A stretch of DNA of 64,000 nucleotides from assembly GCA_001244265.2 (NCBI GenBank), contig CDLV01000005.1:1054001-1118000 (forward strand), given 5' to 3'. Under the pieces are notes generated by a model. The model was not told where the DNA came from. It made no database searches and saw nothing but the letters and a program-made list of their open reading frames with translations. The translations under genes and the position numbers were made by a program. Each line of letters begins with the position of its first letter. Position 1 is the first letter of the stretch. Of the stretch, positions 49,823 to 62,131 are shown piece by piece. Origin of the DNA: Microbotryum violaceum (lineage: Eukaryota).

Positions 49823-50218
49823 AGAGCGAGCTTTGTCGCGCTCGACCGTATCGACTGGGTTTCCGTATCGGGTGCCTGTGGGCGTGGAGGTGGCTGGCGG
49901 CTATCTGTTGATTTCTCCCACACCCACCATAATTGATCGAACCATGCGTCGAAACCCAGTCGCCTTGCATTTTATTATTCTTATTTTCGTTTATGGTGCA
50001 GTGGCAATATTTTGTTGTTCAACACATATACAAACACCCCTGACTTCGGTGCCGAGCCGGGCGCCGGGGGACAGGAGAGATGTGATCGGGTCGGCCGAGC
50101 GCAAACGGGTCGTGGGGTTGCTCCCTCTTGCTCTTCTTGCACATTGACATTCGATCCCCCCGAAGGAAAACGAAAGGCATCGACTCCCTTTTCCCGTCCA
50201 TCCCTCGCATTCCGATCC

Positions 50219-53200
50219 ATGTCGAGCACAAGCGGTCGAACTACGGCTCGGAGCTCGACTCGGCAACGTTCTGCGCAGCATGGGACTCGAGCTCCTTCGG
50301 AACCCAACGGCCGATTCATCACCCGCACTGCGGCTTCGACATCAGGTTTTTCGGCTCAAGCGACGTCAGAAGATGAAGACTGGGTATTGGCAGTGATAGA
50401 TTCACGAGGTGTGGGACGTGAGATTGGCGTCGTCGGGATCGAACGCGCTCTAGGTCAGGTCGTCATCACCCAGGTTAGTCTGCCGGGCCCACGCGCGGCG
50501 GCCCCGAAAGTATCGGCGTGTTATTAATGAGCCCCAGGCGAAACGACGAGCTGTCTCGACTGCCCTACACTTTGCAGTTCAGCGATTCGCCTACTTTCGT
50601 CAAACTTCTACACTACTGCACCACTCGACCGCCATCATTGATCCTGGTACCATCGTCGGCTCTGTCGGCGCACAGTAGCGAGGGCCCCGGCAAGCAGACC
50701 GACGCCACTGGTCGAGGTGGGATGCAGCGCGTATCGAACGAGAGGGAAGCCGGAATGAGCATGGTGCATTTGCTACGTGACTCGTTCAAAGGGATTCCCG
50801 TTATCGGTGTGCTGCGCAAATACTGGGACGAGCAGGTGAGTACGGCCTATGAGCAGAGCCGAGTGAGTCGGCTGCGCAAATCAATGTGGCTCAATGCTCA
50901 TGATCTAGATCATATTTACCAGGCTGGATTTGAGTTTATCACACAATTGATCGTCCGAGACGAAGGGCGACATGCGACTATACTCGCCGCCAAACCCAAG
51001 CAAGTGACGGCGTGGCCCCACAGACATTTCTGCATAGTAGAGCCGACAAGCTGACGATGGTCGGGCTCCTGGTTCGGAAGGTACTACGCCTTGGCGGCTA
51101 CATCGGCACTCTTCAAATATCTCGAAATGACCTATTCAGTTGTGTTCTCACCTCGCTCGCTTCGCATCACCTACGCGCCGGTCGAAGGAACGTGTCTCAT
51201 TGACGTCGAGACTGCAGCGAACCTGGAGCTCGTTGCCAATGTAAGCTCTGAACGACCATCATAACTTGCTCATCGTGTGAAAATTCTGTACTGAAACAAG
51301 GGGCCACAATGCAGATGATCAACAAATGTTCGCAGCAACATCTACTTGGCATGATGAGCTCCTGTTTGACACCTATGGGCCATCGTCTGGTACGTTGTCC
51401 TCTATAGGCAGCTGATCGGAACATGTTGGAGTAGCGGGATAGCTGAGTGTACTCGTCTGGTGACTCTTTCTTCTCGAACACCAGGTACGTACGAACCTGC
51501 TATCGCCTCTCACAGACACCTCCGTGATCGACACCCGCCTGGATGCCGTAAGTTGATGTGAAGCATTCGCAGCCTCAAAGTAGAAATACTACTCACGTGA
51601 CAGGTTGAAAATTTCGAACAGGTTGAAGAATTTGTGAACAAAGAAGAGCGACTCACGTCCGTTCGCAAGTCACTGCAACCGTAAGGAACGTCATCTTCGA
51701 GCGCACCATTCAGGCTGGTCTCACTTAAAATGTCTGTTTATGCGTCTCTTCAATATCATGCCTTTCATGCCGCTAGACTACGATCCCTCGACTGTGACAA
51801 GCTTGTGGGGCAAATGACAACTCCGAAGAGGGCAGAGAAGCGCGGGTGGGGCCATTCATCGATCTCAACGCCAGATCCGGCCCTGGACGCCGAAACCAAG
51901 ATTGCTCGGCTCCTGTCACTTCGATCCGTGCTTTCCGCCCTTCCAGGGATCCGCTCGGCCCTTCGACACAGCGATTCGACGCTTTTGAAGTCGATCTACT
52001 CGATACTGAGCGATCCTAGAGCTGTCGAAATGCTCGGCACCATCGCTGCGACATTGAACGACGACGCGGTCGGACCTCAACCAGGAGGTGCGCTCAAAGT
52101 GAGGAACGCTCGCATCTACGCAATCAAGGCCGAGAAAAAGCTGTTACTCGATGTCGCTCGAGAGACGTACAAGGAAGCTTTGAACGATGCCTTTGAACGC
52201 TGCGAAGACCTCAAGAAGCAACACGGGATCGATATGACTTTGCAGTACTCGTCGGGCAACTTCGTCTACACGTGCCCCAACACGGAACTGGAGGTAAAAA
52301 CTCCGCCTGTGGGCTTCATCAACCTTGTCAGTCGGGTTCCGGAAGGGGCCGAGCAGGAGCTACTCCCTGAGCAAGCTAACCAGATACCTATCCACAGACG
52401 ACGAGAGGGAACAAGATCGAGTTCAGTACACTGGACCTTCGGGCTCAAAGCACCAAGATTCGTGAGACCGTCCAAGAGATCTTCATACTAAGTGACGAGG
52501 TGCTGGATGAAGTCCTCGACGAGCTCCGTGGATCAATCGCCTGCCTTTACCGCTGCTCCGAGGCAATTGCCATGTTAGATATGGTTGCCTCATTTGCTTT
52601 ACTCAGCGGCTCGGGGGATTATGGTTAGTTCGATGCATTCTCTTCGAACCTACTGGATTTATCTCGCTCGGCTCACCTTCGACTCCGCCGTCCACCGAGG
52701 TAGTTAGGCCAGAATGGACCGACACCCTGGCGATCAAGTCGGGCCGCAACCCCTTGCACGACCACTTTCGGCTTTCCGATGGCCCTTTTGTACCCAAGTG
52801 GGTGAACGAATTCGAAACATCTTAGCGTGCTCCCTGACCGTGCTCCCTCGATTCGCTCTCCGGTCTCCGCAGTGACACCTATGTCAGTGACGCTTCTTCA
52901 TTCCAGCTCATCACCGGAGTCAACATGTCCGGAAAATCCACGCTACTTCGCCAAGTCGCACTCCTGAACATCATGAGCCAAGTACGTTCAGACGGTTTCA
53001 CCTTCCCCTTGGAAGAGACAAAACGTTAATGAATTGTGCGCTTGTCCAGGTCGGATGTTTTGTTCCTGCGACGTACGCCTCCTTTCGTGTGATCCATGCT
53101 CTACTGTCCCGATTGTCGAACGACGATTCCATCGAAGCGGGGCTGTCGACTTTTGCCAGCGAGATGAATACCATGGCAATGATCGCGGGGGCGCTCAAGA

Positions 53201-54111
53201 TTTGCGGCCAGTGTCTCGTGATCATCGACGAGCTTGGGCGGGGTACTAGCCCGGAGGAAGGGGTCGGCATTGCTCATGCACTCGCAGAGACCATCATCGA
53301 GTCCAAGGTGCGTGGAGAAGAATCCGGTCACCAGCGCCAATCTTTGAAAGGAGATTGAACTCTATTCTCTGCTACCAGGCCCTTTGCCTCTTTGCCACGC
53401 ACTTCAAGGCAAGTCGTATAGCATTCTAATTCACCGCGCAGACGCTGCTCACCTCCGACTTGGTCGTCAATGCATAGGAGCTCGCGGTATCGCTCTCACG
53501 TTACCCAAATGTGGTCTCCCTGCATCTTGAAGCAGATGTGAGTTTACATTCGGGTTCTTTCGCCTCGAAGATGGCAAACCTCACAGCCTGCATCTCGGCG
53601 GTCGCAGATCGATCGCAGCCAAGCCGACTACTCGCTGACTTTTCATCACCGCGTCGCCGATGGCGCGACCAGCCTCGTACATTACGGTAAGGACACCCTA
53701 TGTATTGTTCAACATATACCTGCTAGGGTTTACGTTGTTTTATACAGGTCTCGAACTCGCAAAGTTGGTCAAGATGCCTGCCGATGTGCTCCACAACGCG
53801 ACGCTTGCATCGGTCACGCTTGCTGCACGAGCCGAAGAAGAGCAGGAACGAGCGCAGGGAACCCGACTTGCACGGAGGAGACGCGAGTTGTTGCAGGTGC
53901 GTAGACCCGGCATGCGACTGGCCACGGGCGTCGACGGTCACTGATCCCATCTCGCGCGTGGCGTTCAAAGCTGCGCACCTCCCTCAGAATGCTGTCGAAC
54001 TCAAAGGGCATGAACGCGGTCGATCTGGTCGAGCATCTGCGCGAGTTGCAGAGCGAGACAATTCAGACCTTGAGCCGAACGTTCGATATATCTCCCGGGG
54101 CGGCAGTGTAG
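50219..54111 (+). CDS. MSH4: MutS homolog 4 (meiotic crossover protein), many introns
   Basis: Motifs AVIDSRGVGREIG, SDSPTFVKLLH, KYYALAATSALFKYLE, YAIKAEKKLLLDVARETYKE, ITGVNMSGKSTLLRQ, IIDELGRGTSPEEG, ATHFKEL, HYGLELAKL. TAG at 54109-54111. Confidence 0.92.
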
Positions 54112-54296
54112 GCTTGAGGGATGTGTCCGCGAGATGTTGAGGTGCAAGTTCTGATCGACGTACCTTCGGCCCCCAAACTCAGTAACATACCATCCAGTTA
54201 TTGTATAGAAATGCTATCCGACGTAGTAACTGCTGTGTAATAAGGCCTTCCCAGTGTTACGTTCTGCCCAAACTCTCATAAGAGCTTCCTGGCGAG

Positions 54297-55173
54297 TCAT
54301 TCACGGAGGTCGACAACCGATCCAACGACCATCAACCACGTGTCGAAGTATGTTGTCGTCGACTCCTGACCTTCGCACAGGATCTCTTGTATGATGGCCT
54401 GGGTATTGCACGGATGCAAGAACCACGTCGGGACTCCGAGCGTCGGGTGGTCGGCTTGTGAGATGAACGGAGCCGGTGAAAGCGGATTGTCCGACTCGGA
54501 GGTCAATGTCGGAGGCGCCGGCTCAGAGGTGTCAGTTGCGATCTTATAGTAGATATGCTGAAATATGGCGGAGTTGAACAGTTCCGAGAGCTTGAGGGGT
54601 GCACCGTCTGTACAAGATGAGATTGAACTTGATCAGCACTGAGCAAGGCTTCTGTCGGTCCGATGGTGTACACACTTTGTTTGTGCGCCATAAAGTAGAG
54701 AACGGGGACATGGTACGTTGGGGACCAGCAGACATACAACGTGAGCGTGCACGGCTCGGTTGCTGTACTTTCATGGTCGACGACGAGCGAAGACGAGTCT
54801 TGTGGTTCGTCGAGGGTGGTGCCCACATAGTCCTCCAGAGGGTTCGGACGATCGTCTACTTCTGGCGGGGGCGAGTCAGCTAGACGGCGATAAATCCGTG
54901 TTTTCAAGGGCGCACGTTCCAGATATCCCAATCCGGGATATGCCTATTGATGAAAACACCAGAAATGAGCCTTCACAGCCCCTAGCTGAGACCGTCGGGT
55001 CAACGGTCTTTTTGCCCCGCATAGGAACTCACAGGGTGCTCGCGCCATGCCCATCCTTTCCTCGCCGAATGCGGTCCTAATGATGCGTCTTTCGCGTCAT
55101 ATTGACTTGAGCGAGGGTCTTGAAGCCATTGCTGCGCCGCGCGTTGGAACTCGACTCGAGTGAGCGACGCCAG
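54297..55173 (-). CDS. ATG10: Autophagy E2-like enzyme Atg10, 3 exons, apparent CTG start
   Basis: Motifs LTRVEFQRAAQQWL, GWAWREHP/AYPGLGYLER, YVCWSPTYHVPVLYF, SQADHPTLGVPTWFLHPCNT (catalytic HPC), YFDTWLMVVG. Confidence 0.85.
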
Positions 55174-55761
55174 GCTGCCTTGATCAGCCTCCGGCTCGCG
55201 AGCACAGAGCTACTTTGTGACGGGATATTATGCGGAAACTTGGCCGATGCGACGAGCTACTTCACAAGTCGCCTAGTTGCGGGTTGCAGAGGCCCGGACA
55301 CTTCGTAGCGTGAGCGCTCAGCCGTCGGTCGATGGGCGTCGCGTCACGGAGTTGACGTGTCGGCCGAGCGTGCTCGAGGCTGCTGAGCGCGCTGAGCCAG
55401 CGAAATCGCCCAGCGGCAGCAGCGCGACGAGGCCGCGTGAGGGCCGGGGCGCGAGGTAACCGGACCGGCTGTTGCGCGGCCCGTCGGTTGGGAGGTTGTC
55501 TCCCCTGGCTCGGCTCAAAGAAGGTTCCGAAATGTGTGCTTCCCCTCTTGACCGCCTCCCTGTCTCCATCCCTTTCCACTCCCCGAACAACACCCTCACA
55601 CTTGAAGCACTACCCATAACGTGAGTCTTGGCGGAGGAATATGTGCCCCCCCCCCCAGCACCGTCCTCCCCAACATCCCCCCACACTTGCTCGTGTCCTG
55701 AATCCTGATCGATAGATGGTGGGTCGCCCCGCAGATCATCGAAACTTGAATATCAGCCATC

Positions 55762-57873
55762 ATGACCGAACACGTAGTCACGCAATACATCTCGCCTTCG
55801 TGAGCACAGCTGGACCTTCAGTTCAGGGTGTGAGTCTTTCACAGAAGACTGGCTTTACTCATCAAGTATCTCTTCGGCGTACAGCGCGTGGGCCCTGATT
55901 GAAGACAAATTCTCGTCGTTCGCTAAAGACACGCTGGCCAAGGTCTGCAAGTTTGTCGAGGTCAGTTCGTTGGCGAATCCTCGCCCTCTTTGGGGTAAAA
56001 CATATCCAGATGGAATTTTGTTCTGACCATCAAACATTTGCCTGGCCCACCTCTACAGGAGGACTGCATCCCCGCCGAAGCCGTCTTCCATGCCCAGGTC
56101 TCGACGGACCCGGCCACGAGGTGGAAGACCTACCCCGCCGTTATGGAGCAGCTCAAGACCAAGGCCCGCTCCATGGGTCTGTGGAACTTGTTCTTGTCCA
56201 AGGAGCACTACCCCGATGTCGGAGTCCCCTTGACCAACCTCGAGTATGCCGTCATGGCCGAGATCATGGGCCGAGTGAGTCCCCCCCCACCTTCGCCCGG
56301 ATCGTGACACGCGGTCAATCCCCCAATGGATCAACGAAACTAACGCGTGCTTTGCTGTTCTAGGCTCCTCGCATTGCTCCCGAAGCGTGCAACTGCGCCG
56401 CCCCCGATACCGGTAACATGGGTACGTTTCGATCGTCAAAGGCAGAGTGGGGCGTGGTCGACCGCTCGCTGCTTCCCCACACACCCCTCATCTGGTTGCC
56501 ACCCGCAACCCCATACAATTGGCCACTGACCGCCGACCGGATTGTTGTTTTGGCTTGAAATAGAGGTCTTGGCTCGATATGGATCGCAAGCCCAAAAGGA
56601 CAAATGGCTCAAGCCTCTCCTCGACGGCAAGACCCGCTCCTCGTTCGCCATGACCGAAGTCGGAGTCGCCTCGTCCGAGTGAGTGCATCATCCTGAGACG
56701 CGTGAGAGGAACAGGGCCATCATTCTCTGACACAGCTCTGTGCTTTCCCAGCGCTACCAATATCCGAACTTCCATTCGCCAGGAAGGCAATGAGATCGTC
56801 ATCAACGGTCACAAGTGGTGGATCTCGGGTGCCGGTGATCCCCGCAACGCCCTTCACCTCGTCATGGGCAAGAGTGATACTTCCGCTTCCAAGCATCAGC
56901 AACAATCGATCGTCATTGTGCCGTCCAACGCCAAGGGTGTCAAGCTCGTCCGCCCCATGCAAGTGGTAAGTTCGTGACCGGGACGGACCGCAAGACGTGC
57001 CCCGTTATGAATTGTCAAGATATGCTCATGCACCTTCTCTCTCATTCTCTCATTCTCTCATGATTATTAGTTCGGCTACGATGATGCTCCCGAGGGTCAC
57101 TACGAGATCATCTACGAAAACGTTCGAGTTCCCCTCGACAACCTCCTTCTCGGGTGGGGACGTGGATTCGAGATTATCCAAGGTCGTCTCGGTCCCGGTC
57201 GCATTCATCACTGGTAAGCGCTCATCTTCGGCTCTGGGTAAGATAGCTTCAATACTGACCGTGTAATGTTCCTTCGGCTCTTTCTAGCATGCGCTCTATT
57301 GGTATCGCTTCTCGTGCCCTTGAGGCTATGCTGATCCGAGCTACCGACCCCGCCAAGGTCGCCTTCGGCAAGCAGTTGTACCAACACGGCACCGTCGTGG
57401 CCGGTATCGCTCAATCGCGCATGGAGATCGATCAGGCCCGTTTGCTCGTCCTTTCCGCCGCATTGCAGATCGACCGAGTCCGAGCCAAGGGTGCGATGAA
57501 GGACATTGGTATGGCCAAGGCCGTTGTGCCGATCGTCGTCGGTCAAGTCATTGACCGAGCGATGCAAGTTCATGGTGCCGAGGGTGTCTGCCGTACGTCA
57601 ATAATAACTCGTTACTATGATGGGATTCACTGAAGCAGTGCTAACAATCCCTTTTGACGGTGCTTTGTTCTTGCAGAGGACACTCCTCTTGCTGCTCTTT
57701 GGGCTGCTGTGCGCACCCTGCGCTTCGCCGATGGTCCCGATGAAGTGCACATCCAGCAAATCGGTCTCCAGGAGCTCAAGCGCGCTCCCGGGCTCCATGT
57801 CCTCAATCAGAAGAAGAAGGACCGCGAGGCGAAGCTCTTCAATGCGGCTGGAATCAAGTCGAGCCACCTTTAA
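55762..57873 (+). CDS. Acyl-CoA dehydrogenase (ACAD10/11/FadE2-like) with C-terminal PTS1 (SHL), multi-exon
   Basis: Motifs [66 protein letters not shown]. Ends KSSHL* at 57873. Confidence 0.93.
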
Positions 57874-59193
57874 GGAGGGGTGCTCCGAGGCGACTCGGCT
57901 TTTTTCCCAAAGCGTACTTCAATGTTGTGTGATTTTGTTGGCTTGATCTGTTTTCTTGACTGGGCTATGTGATCCGAAAAAAACTACCGATGTTTGAGTA
58001 CGAAACCAGGATGCGTGAATCGTCATCCTTGAAGATGCATGCAACCCACTGCTTTGTGGTCAGTTCTTGGAAGTGCATCCCCATTGACGGCCTGGTTCCC
58101 GACTTCCCCCCCCCCCCCTCTCCTCGCCCCTTGAATTGCCTGGCCCAAAGCGAGCATATGCTGTTTCATGCCATCTATTCAGTAGATTTTTGAAATAGCT
58201 CAAGCAAGCGTTCCTGAGCATATTCCAACTTGATTCACCAAAGCACGAGATGAGATTCATGGTGTTCGCAGAGCTACAGCAGCCTCCCGACCTTGCCCGC
58301 AGGCGACGGACCCTCGCGCACTGACCCCCACATGAGATCGATCGGAGCGTCGCCGCTCCTTTTAATCATTGACGGGGTTCCTAGTCATCTCTATGAGGGA
58401 AATGTTAGTAGAACTAATTCATGAATTTCCTTTATGAGCCAATGTAGCACCTCGTGAGCACCCATTACCGGTGCCAGATTGGACAAGTTGCATTGTGCCT
58501 AAAAGGCTTTCCGACCCGAGAGGCCGAACGATCTTCGCTTTCCAACGAGTGTATTAACGGTAGTCTTCCGTCACAGATTTTGTATGGTGCGTTCTTTGCT
58601 CGACCGGGGTGGCTGTTCACAGGTCCACAGCAGGTATTGGCACGAGTGGGCGTCTCAATAGTGAGCTCCGAGGCCTTCGAAGAGGAATACGTCGACGAGT
58701 GGACAATCTGTCATGTCTGCTGGAACGCAAATCTACTGGTCAGAGCGTCATAATGCCCTTCCAAGGTGTTCCTACTCGTTTTGGAGACGGATGTTGCATG
58801 GAGAGGGAGGAAGAGCGAAGAACAAATGTCTCGCGAGCTCAGTCGACCCCGTGCGCTCGGACCGCTTGGGAGTGCTAGGTCGACCCGAATGGCGAAACGA
58901 GTACTTCAATGCACTGCTAGAGCTCGGCAACAACCTGCTAACAAGACCTACAACTCGGCGTTCATTATTTCTTCACCTGTTAGAATTTGGTACTTTCACT
59001 AGCGTGAAAGGTTGCTCCGTAGGTGCCGTGACGTGACTCCGCCTTCAAGCATCACTACCGCCCAAATTTGGCAGAATTTGGCCCGGAGCATGCCGATAAT
59101 TATAAGCCCCTCCCGGAGCGAGGGAGTTCGCCCCCACTTTACGCCGGATCGGGGTGACGACAGTGCACTCCCGAGCACGACTCCGGCCTCAGG

Positions 59194-61291
59194 ATGTCGG
59201 CAGTTTTGCCCCCAAAAGCACCACGAAGGACGCCGTTGAAGCTCAGTCTACTCGGGACACCCACCAGCGAAGCCCAAACACCGAGTATAGCGTCTGCGCC
59301 CCCCGTTTTGAGCGAGTCACCCGATGCCACCAGCTCCAGCACGAGCACATCCGGAGCGAGAGGAGGCACCGCGAGTGCACCTCCTGCCGCGACAAGGCCG
59401 TCGCTCAAACTTGGAGCTTTGGGTGGTCTAACTAACTCACTGTCGAACTTGTCCTTGTCGATCCCCAATGACGCGGGGCCATCGAGGTACCGATCATCGC
59501 TGCTCCGGGGACCCGAGTCATCCTCGGATGACGAGGGAGACGACTATGGCGGGAGAAGAGCGCGAAACGATGATGGCGATGGCGACGACGACGATGACGG
59601 AGAGGATGACGAGGATCGACACAAGTGGAGGACAGGACAGCAAGAACGCTTCACAGGAGAACTGCTCGACGTGATACGTGGCCCGGTCGGGCTCGAGGAT
59701 GAGCTGTCAGGTCGGACCAGACGTGCGATGAGCGCTGCAACGGTACGACGATCCCACTCGGATCTGACGAGGAAGCCTTCGTTCGAGCGCGCAATCAACG
59801 ATGGATCGATTCAGGAGAACTCCTTCATCGAGTCCGAGGACGGGCCAGGCTCGAGTAGGCCGGCCACCCACGCTCACGAGTTAAACGGCGACCATACGGT
59901 CTTGTCCCCGAGTCGGTTGGATTCCGAGACGTTGGAGATGACCGCGGATAAGCTCTTGGATCTGGGAAAGCTTGGTGAGGGTGCGAGTGGACAAGTCAGA
60001 AAAGTCAAGTTCCTGCCGACGGGGATGGTTATGGCTAAGAAAGTGAGTGGAGACGAAGGATGTTCTTAGGTTGTTGGTTACGGCGTACTGACTACGATCC
60101 GCTGTCGTGACGCGTAACAGACCATCTCGACCTCGCCAAATCCCAAAGTACACAAGCAACATCTGCGCGAACTCCTCTTCATGCGAGAATGCTCGCACCC
60201 AGGCATCGTGCAATACTATGGCGCCTATCTTGAGCTGGTGAGTCCCCGGGCGTTTGTCGGCTGTCAGCCGGTGAAGGAGTGAAACGAGTGCACGAGCTCA
60301 CCGCATGAATCCCACGCCCGTAGCACAACACCCAAATCGATATTTGTATGGAGTACTGTGAAGCTGGGAGTCTCGACTCGCTCTACAAAAAGGTCAAAGC
60401 GAACGGCTGGAGGACGGGAGAGAAGGTCCTAGGCAAGATTGCCGAATCGGTAAGCATCGGATGGGTTGGTTTCAACGCCTTTTATTGGAAAAGCTGACAA
60501 AGACTACGTCACACCTCACCTAGATGATCTCAGGGCTGTGCTACCTCCACAGTCGTAAAATCATCCACCGCGGTGGGCCACGAATTGCCCTGCTTCGTTT
60601 GGGTTTTCAAAGAAGCTGACGCCGAGCGATGATGGCCTGAGTAGACATCAAACCGTCAAATGTCCTCGTCACGATTGATGGCCAGGTCAAGCTGTGCGAT
60701 TTTGGAGTTTCGGGCGAACTGGTCAACAGCATGGCGAGCACATGGATCGGCACATCGTTCTACCTCAGCCCGGAGCGCATCAAGGGTGGAAAATACTCGT
60801 GCGCTGGCGTCTCATTACGATGACGATGCATTCGAAGTGCACGCGAACTGAGCCTCGTTTCTCATCACTCCTATGAATAGAATCACGTCGGACGTTTGGT
60901 CGATGGCCGTGACCGTTCTCGAAGTCGCGGTGAACCGATACCCCTTCCCAGGACCGGGCGAGGCCCCGATCCAGAGCCCTGTCGAGCTGCTGATGTACCT
61001 CGCGAGGGCCGACGTGGCCAAGCTCGAGGATGAGCCGGAACACGGGATTAAGTACACGAATGGGTTCCGGAATTTCATACAGTGCTGGTCAGTACACCTT
61101 TACTGCGGAGCTTTCTTTGGGCATCGCGAACTGATCCCAATTCTCTCCTTCCCCGATCTTTCAGCCTCGACAAGGACGCCGCTTCGCGACCTAGTCCTCA
61201 GAGCCTCATGACGCATGGTTGGATTCGACGCAGTATCGAGCGACAGCCTCCACCCGACTTGGCTCGATGGGTACAGGATTTAGGCCCATGA
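59194..61291 (+). CDS. MAP kinase kinase, Mkk1/Pek1 (cell-wall integrity) type, multi-exon
   Basis: Docking motif RRTPLKLSL; kinase motifs [65 protein letters not shown]. Confidence 0.92.
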
Positions 61292-61952
61292 GCCATGAAC
61301 CCGATCCTTGAGTTGAACGCTCACGGGCCGACTTTTTCTTGCGCTCGAAATCGTTGGTATTAATGGGCATTCATTGTCAATTTTTACCTCCATCTCTCGT
61401 AAATGGACTATATCTTTTGGTGCTTATGAAGCGGGATCCCTGCATACCATACCTTTCATTCCTTTTGCGGTCGGTACAAAGTGAGGCGCCAGCTGCTGCC
61501 AAACGCTGAAATGGATGCCGGTGTCGAGCTTTGATGATGCTAGGAATCAAACATTGAACCCTGCTGGTATGATCGTGACTCGTGTTAACATACGATCCTT
61601 GGTGTTCAACGTTGAGCCCGAAGAAAGGGAGCCGCCGACCCGGCTCGGGTGTGACCGAAATCGTCGCAGCGCGCCCGCGGCTGCCAAGCGCCGAAGCAGG
61701 CTGAATGAAGCCCGCTCGCTGTAAAGCGTTGGAGCTCGACTTTTTGGCTCAACTTGCTTTCCCCCTCCCCCGCTCCAGCACATCCGACACCTCAACGTCG
61801 GTTGCGTTCCCGCGCCGCGTTCCGTTTCCCGTTCGAGTGAAGCCGTTGGTGGATCAGAAAGACCGTAAGTTCCAGCTTGTGATGATTCCCTACCCCCTCG
61901 CATGCTGTGACGGCCGCTCATGGAGGCGGGGCCGACCGCGGTGATTGATGAT

Positions 61953-61983
61953 GTGCTACGTGCTACGTGCTACGTGCTACGTG
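61953..61983. repeat. 7-bp tandem repeat (GTGCTAC)x4 upstream of the Q/Y-rich gene
   Basis: Sequence reads gtgctacgtgctacgtgctacgtgctacgtg. Confidence 0.85.
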
Positions 61984-62131
61984 GTCGGTTCGAGGGGGTG
62001 GAGATGCATGCGCGCAATCGACCTCGACCGCCTCGCTTCCACGTTCAGGGCCGGCTGCTGACTAGTTCGCGTGTCCATACTGGCCATTGTGTACATACAC
62101 AGATCTTTCTACCGCCCAGGGGCCGAGTCGA

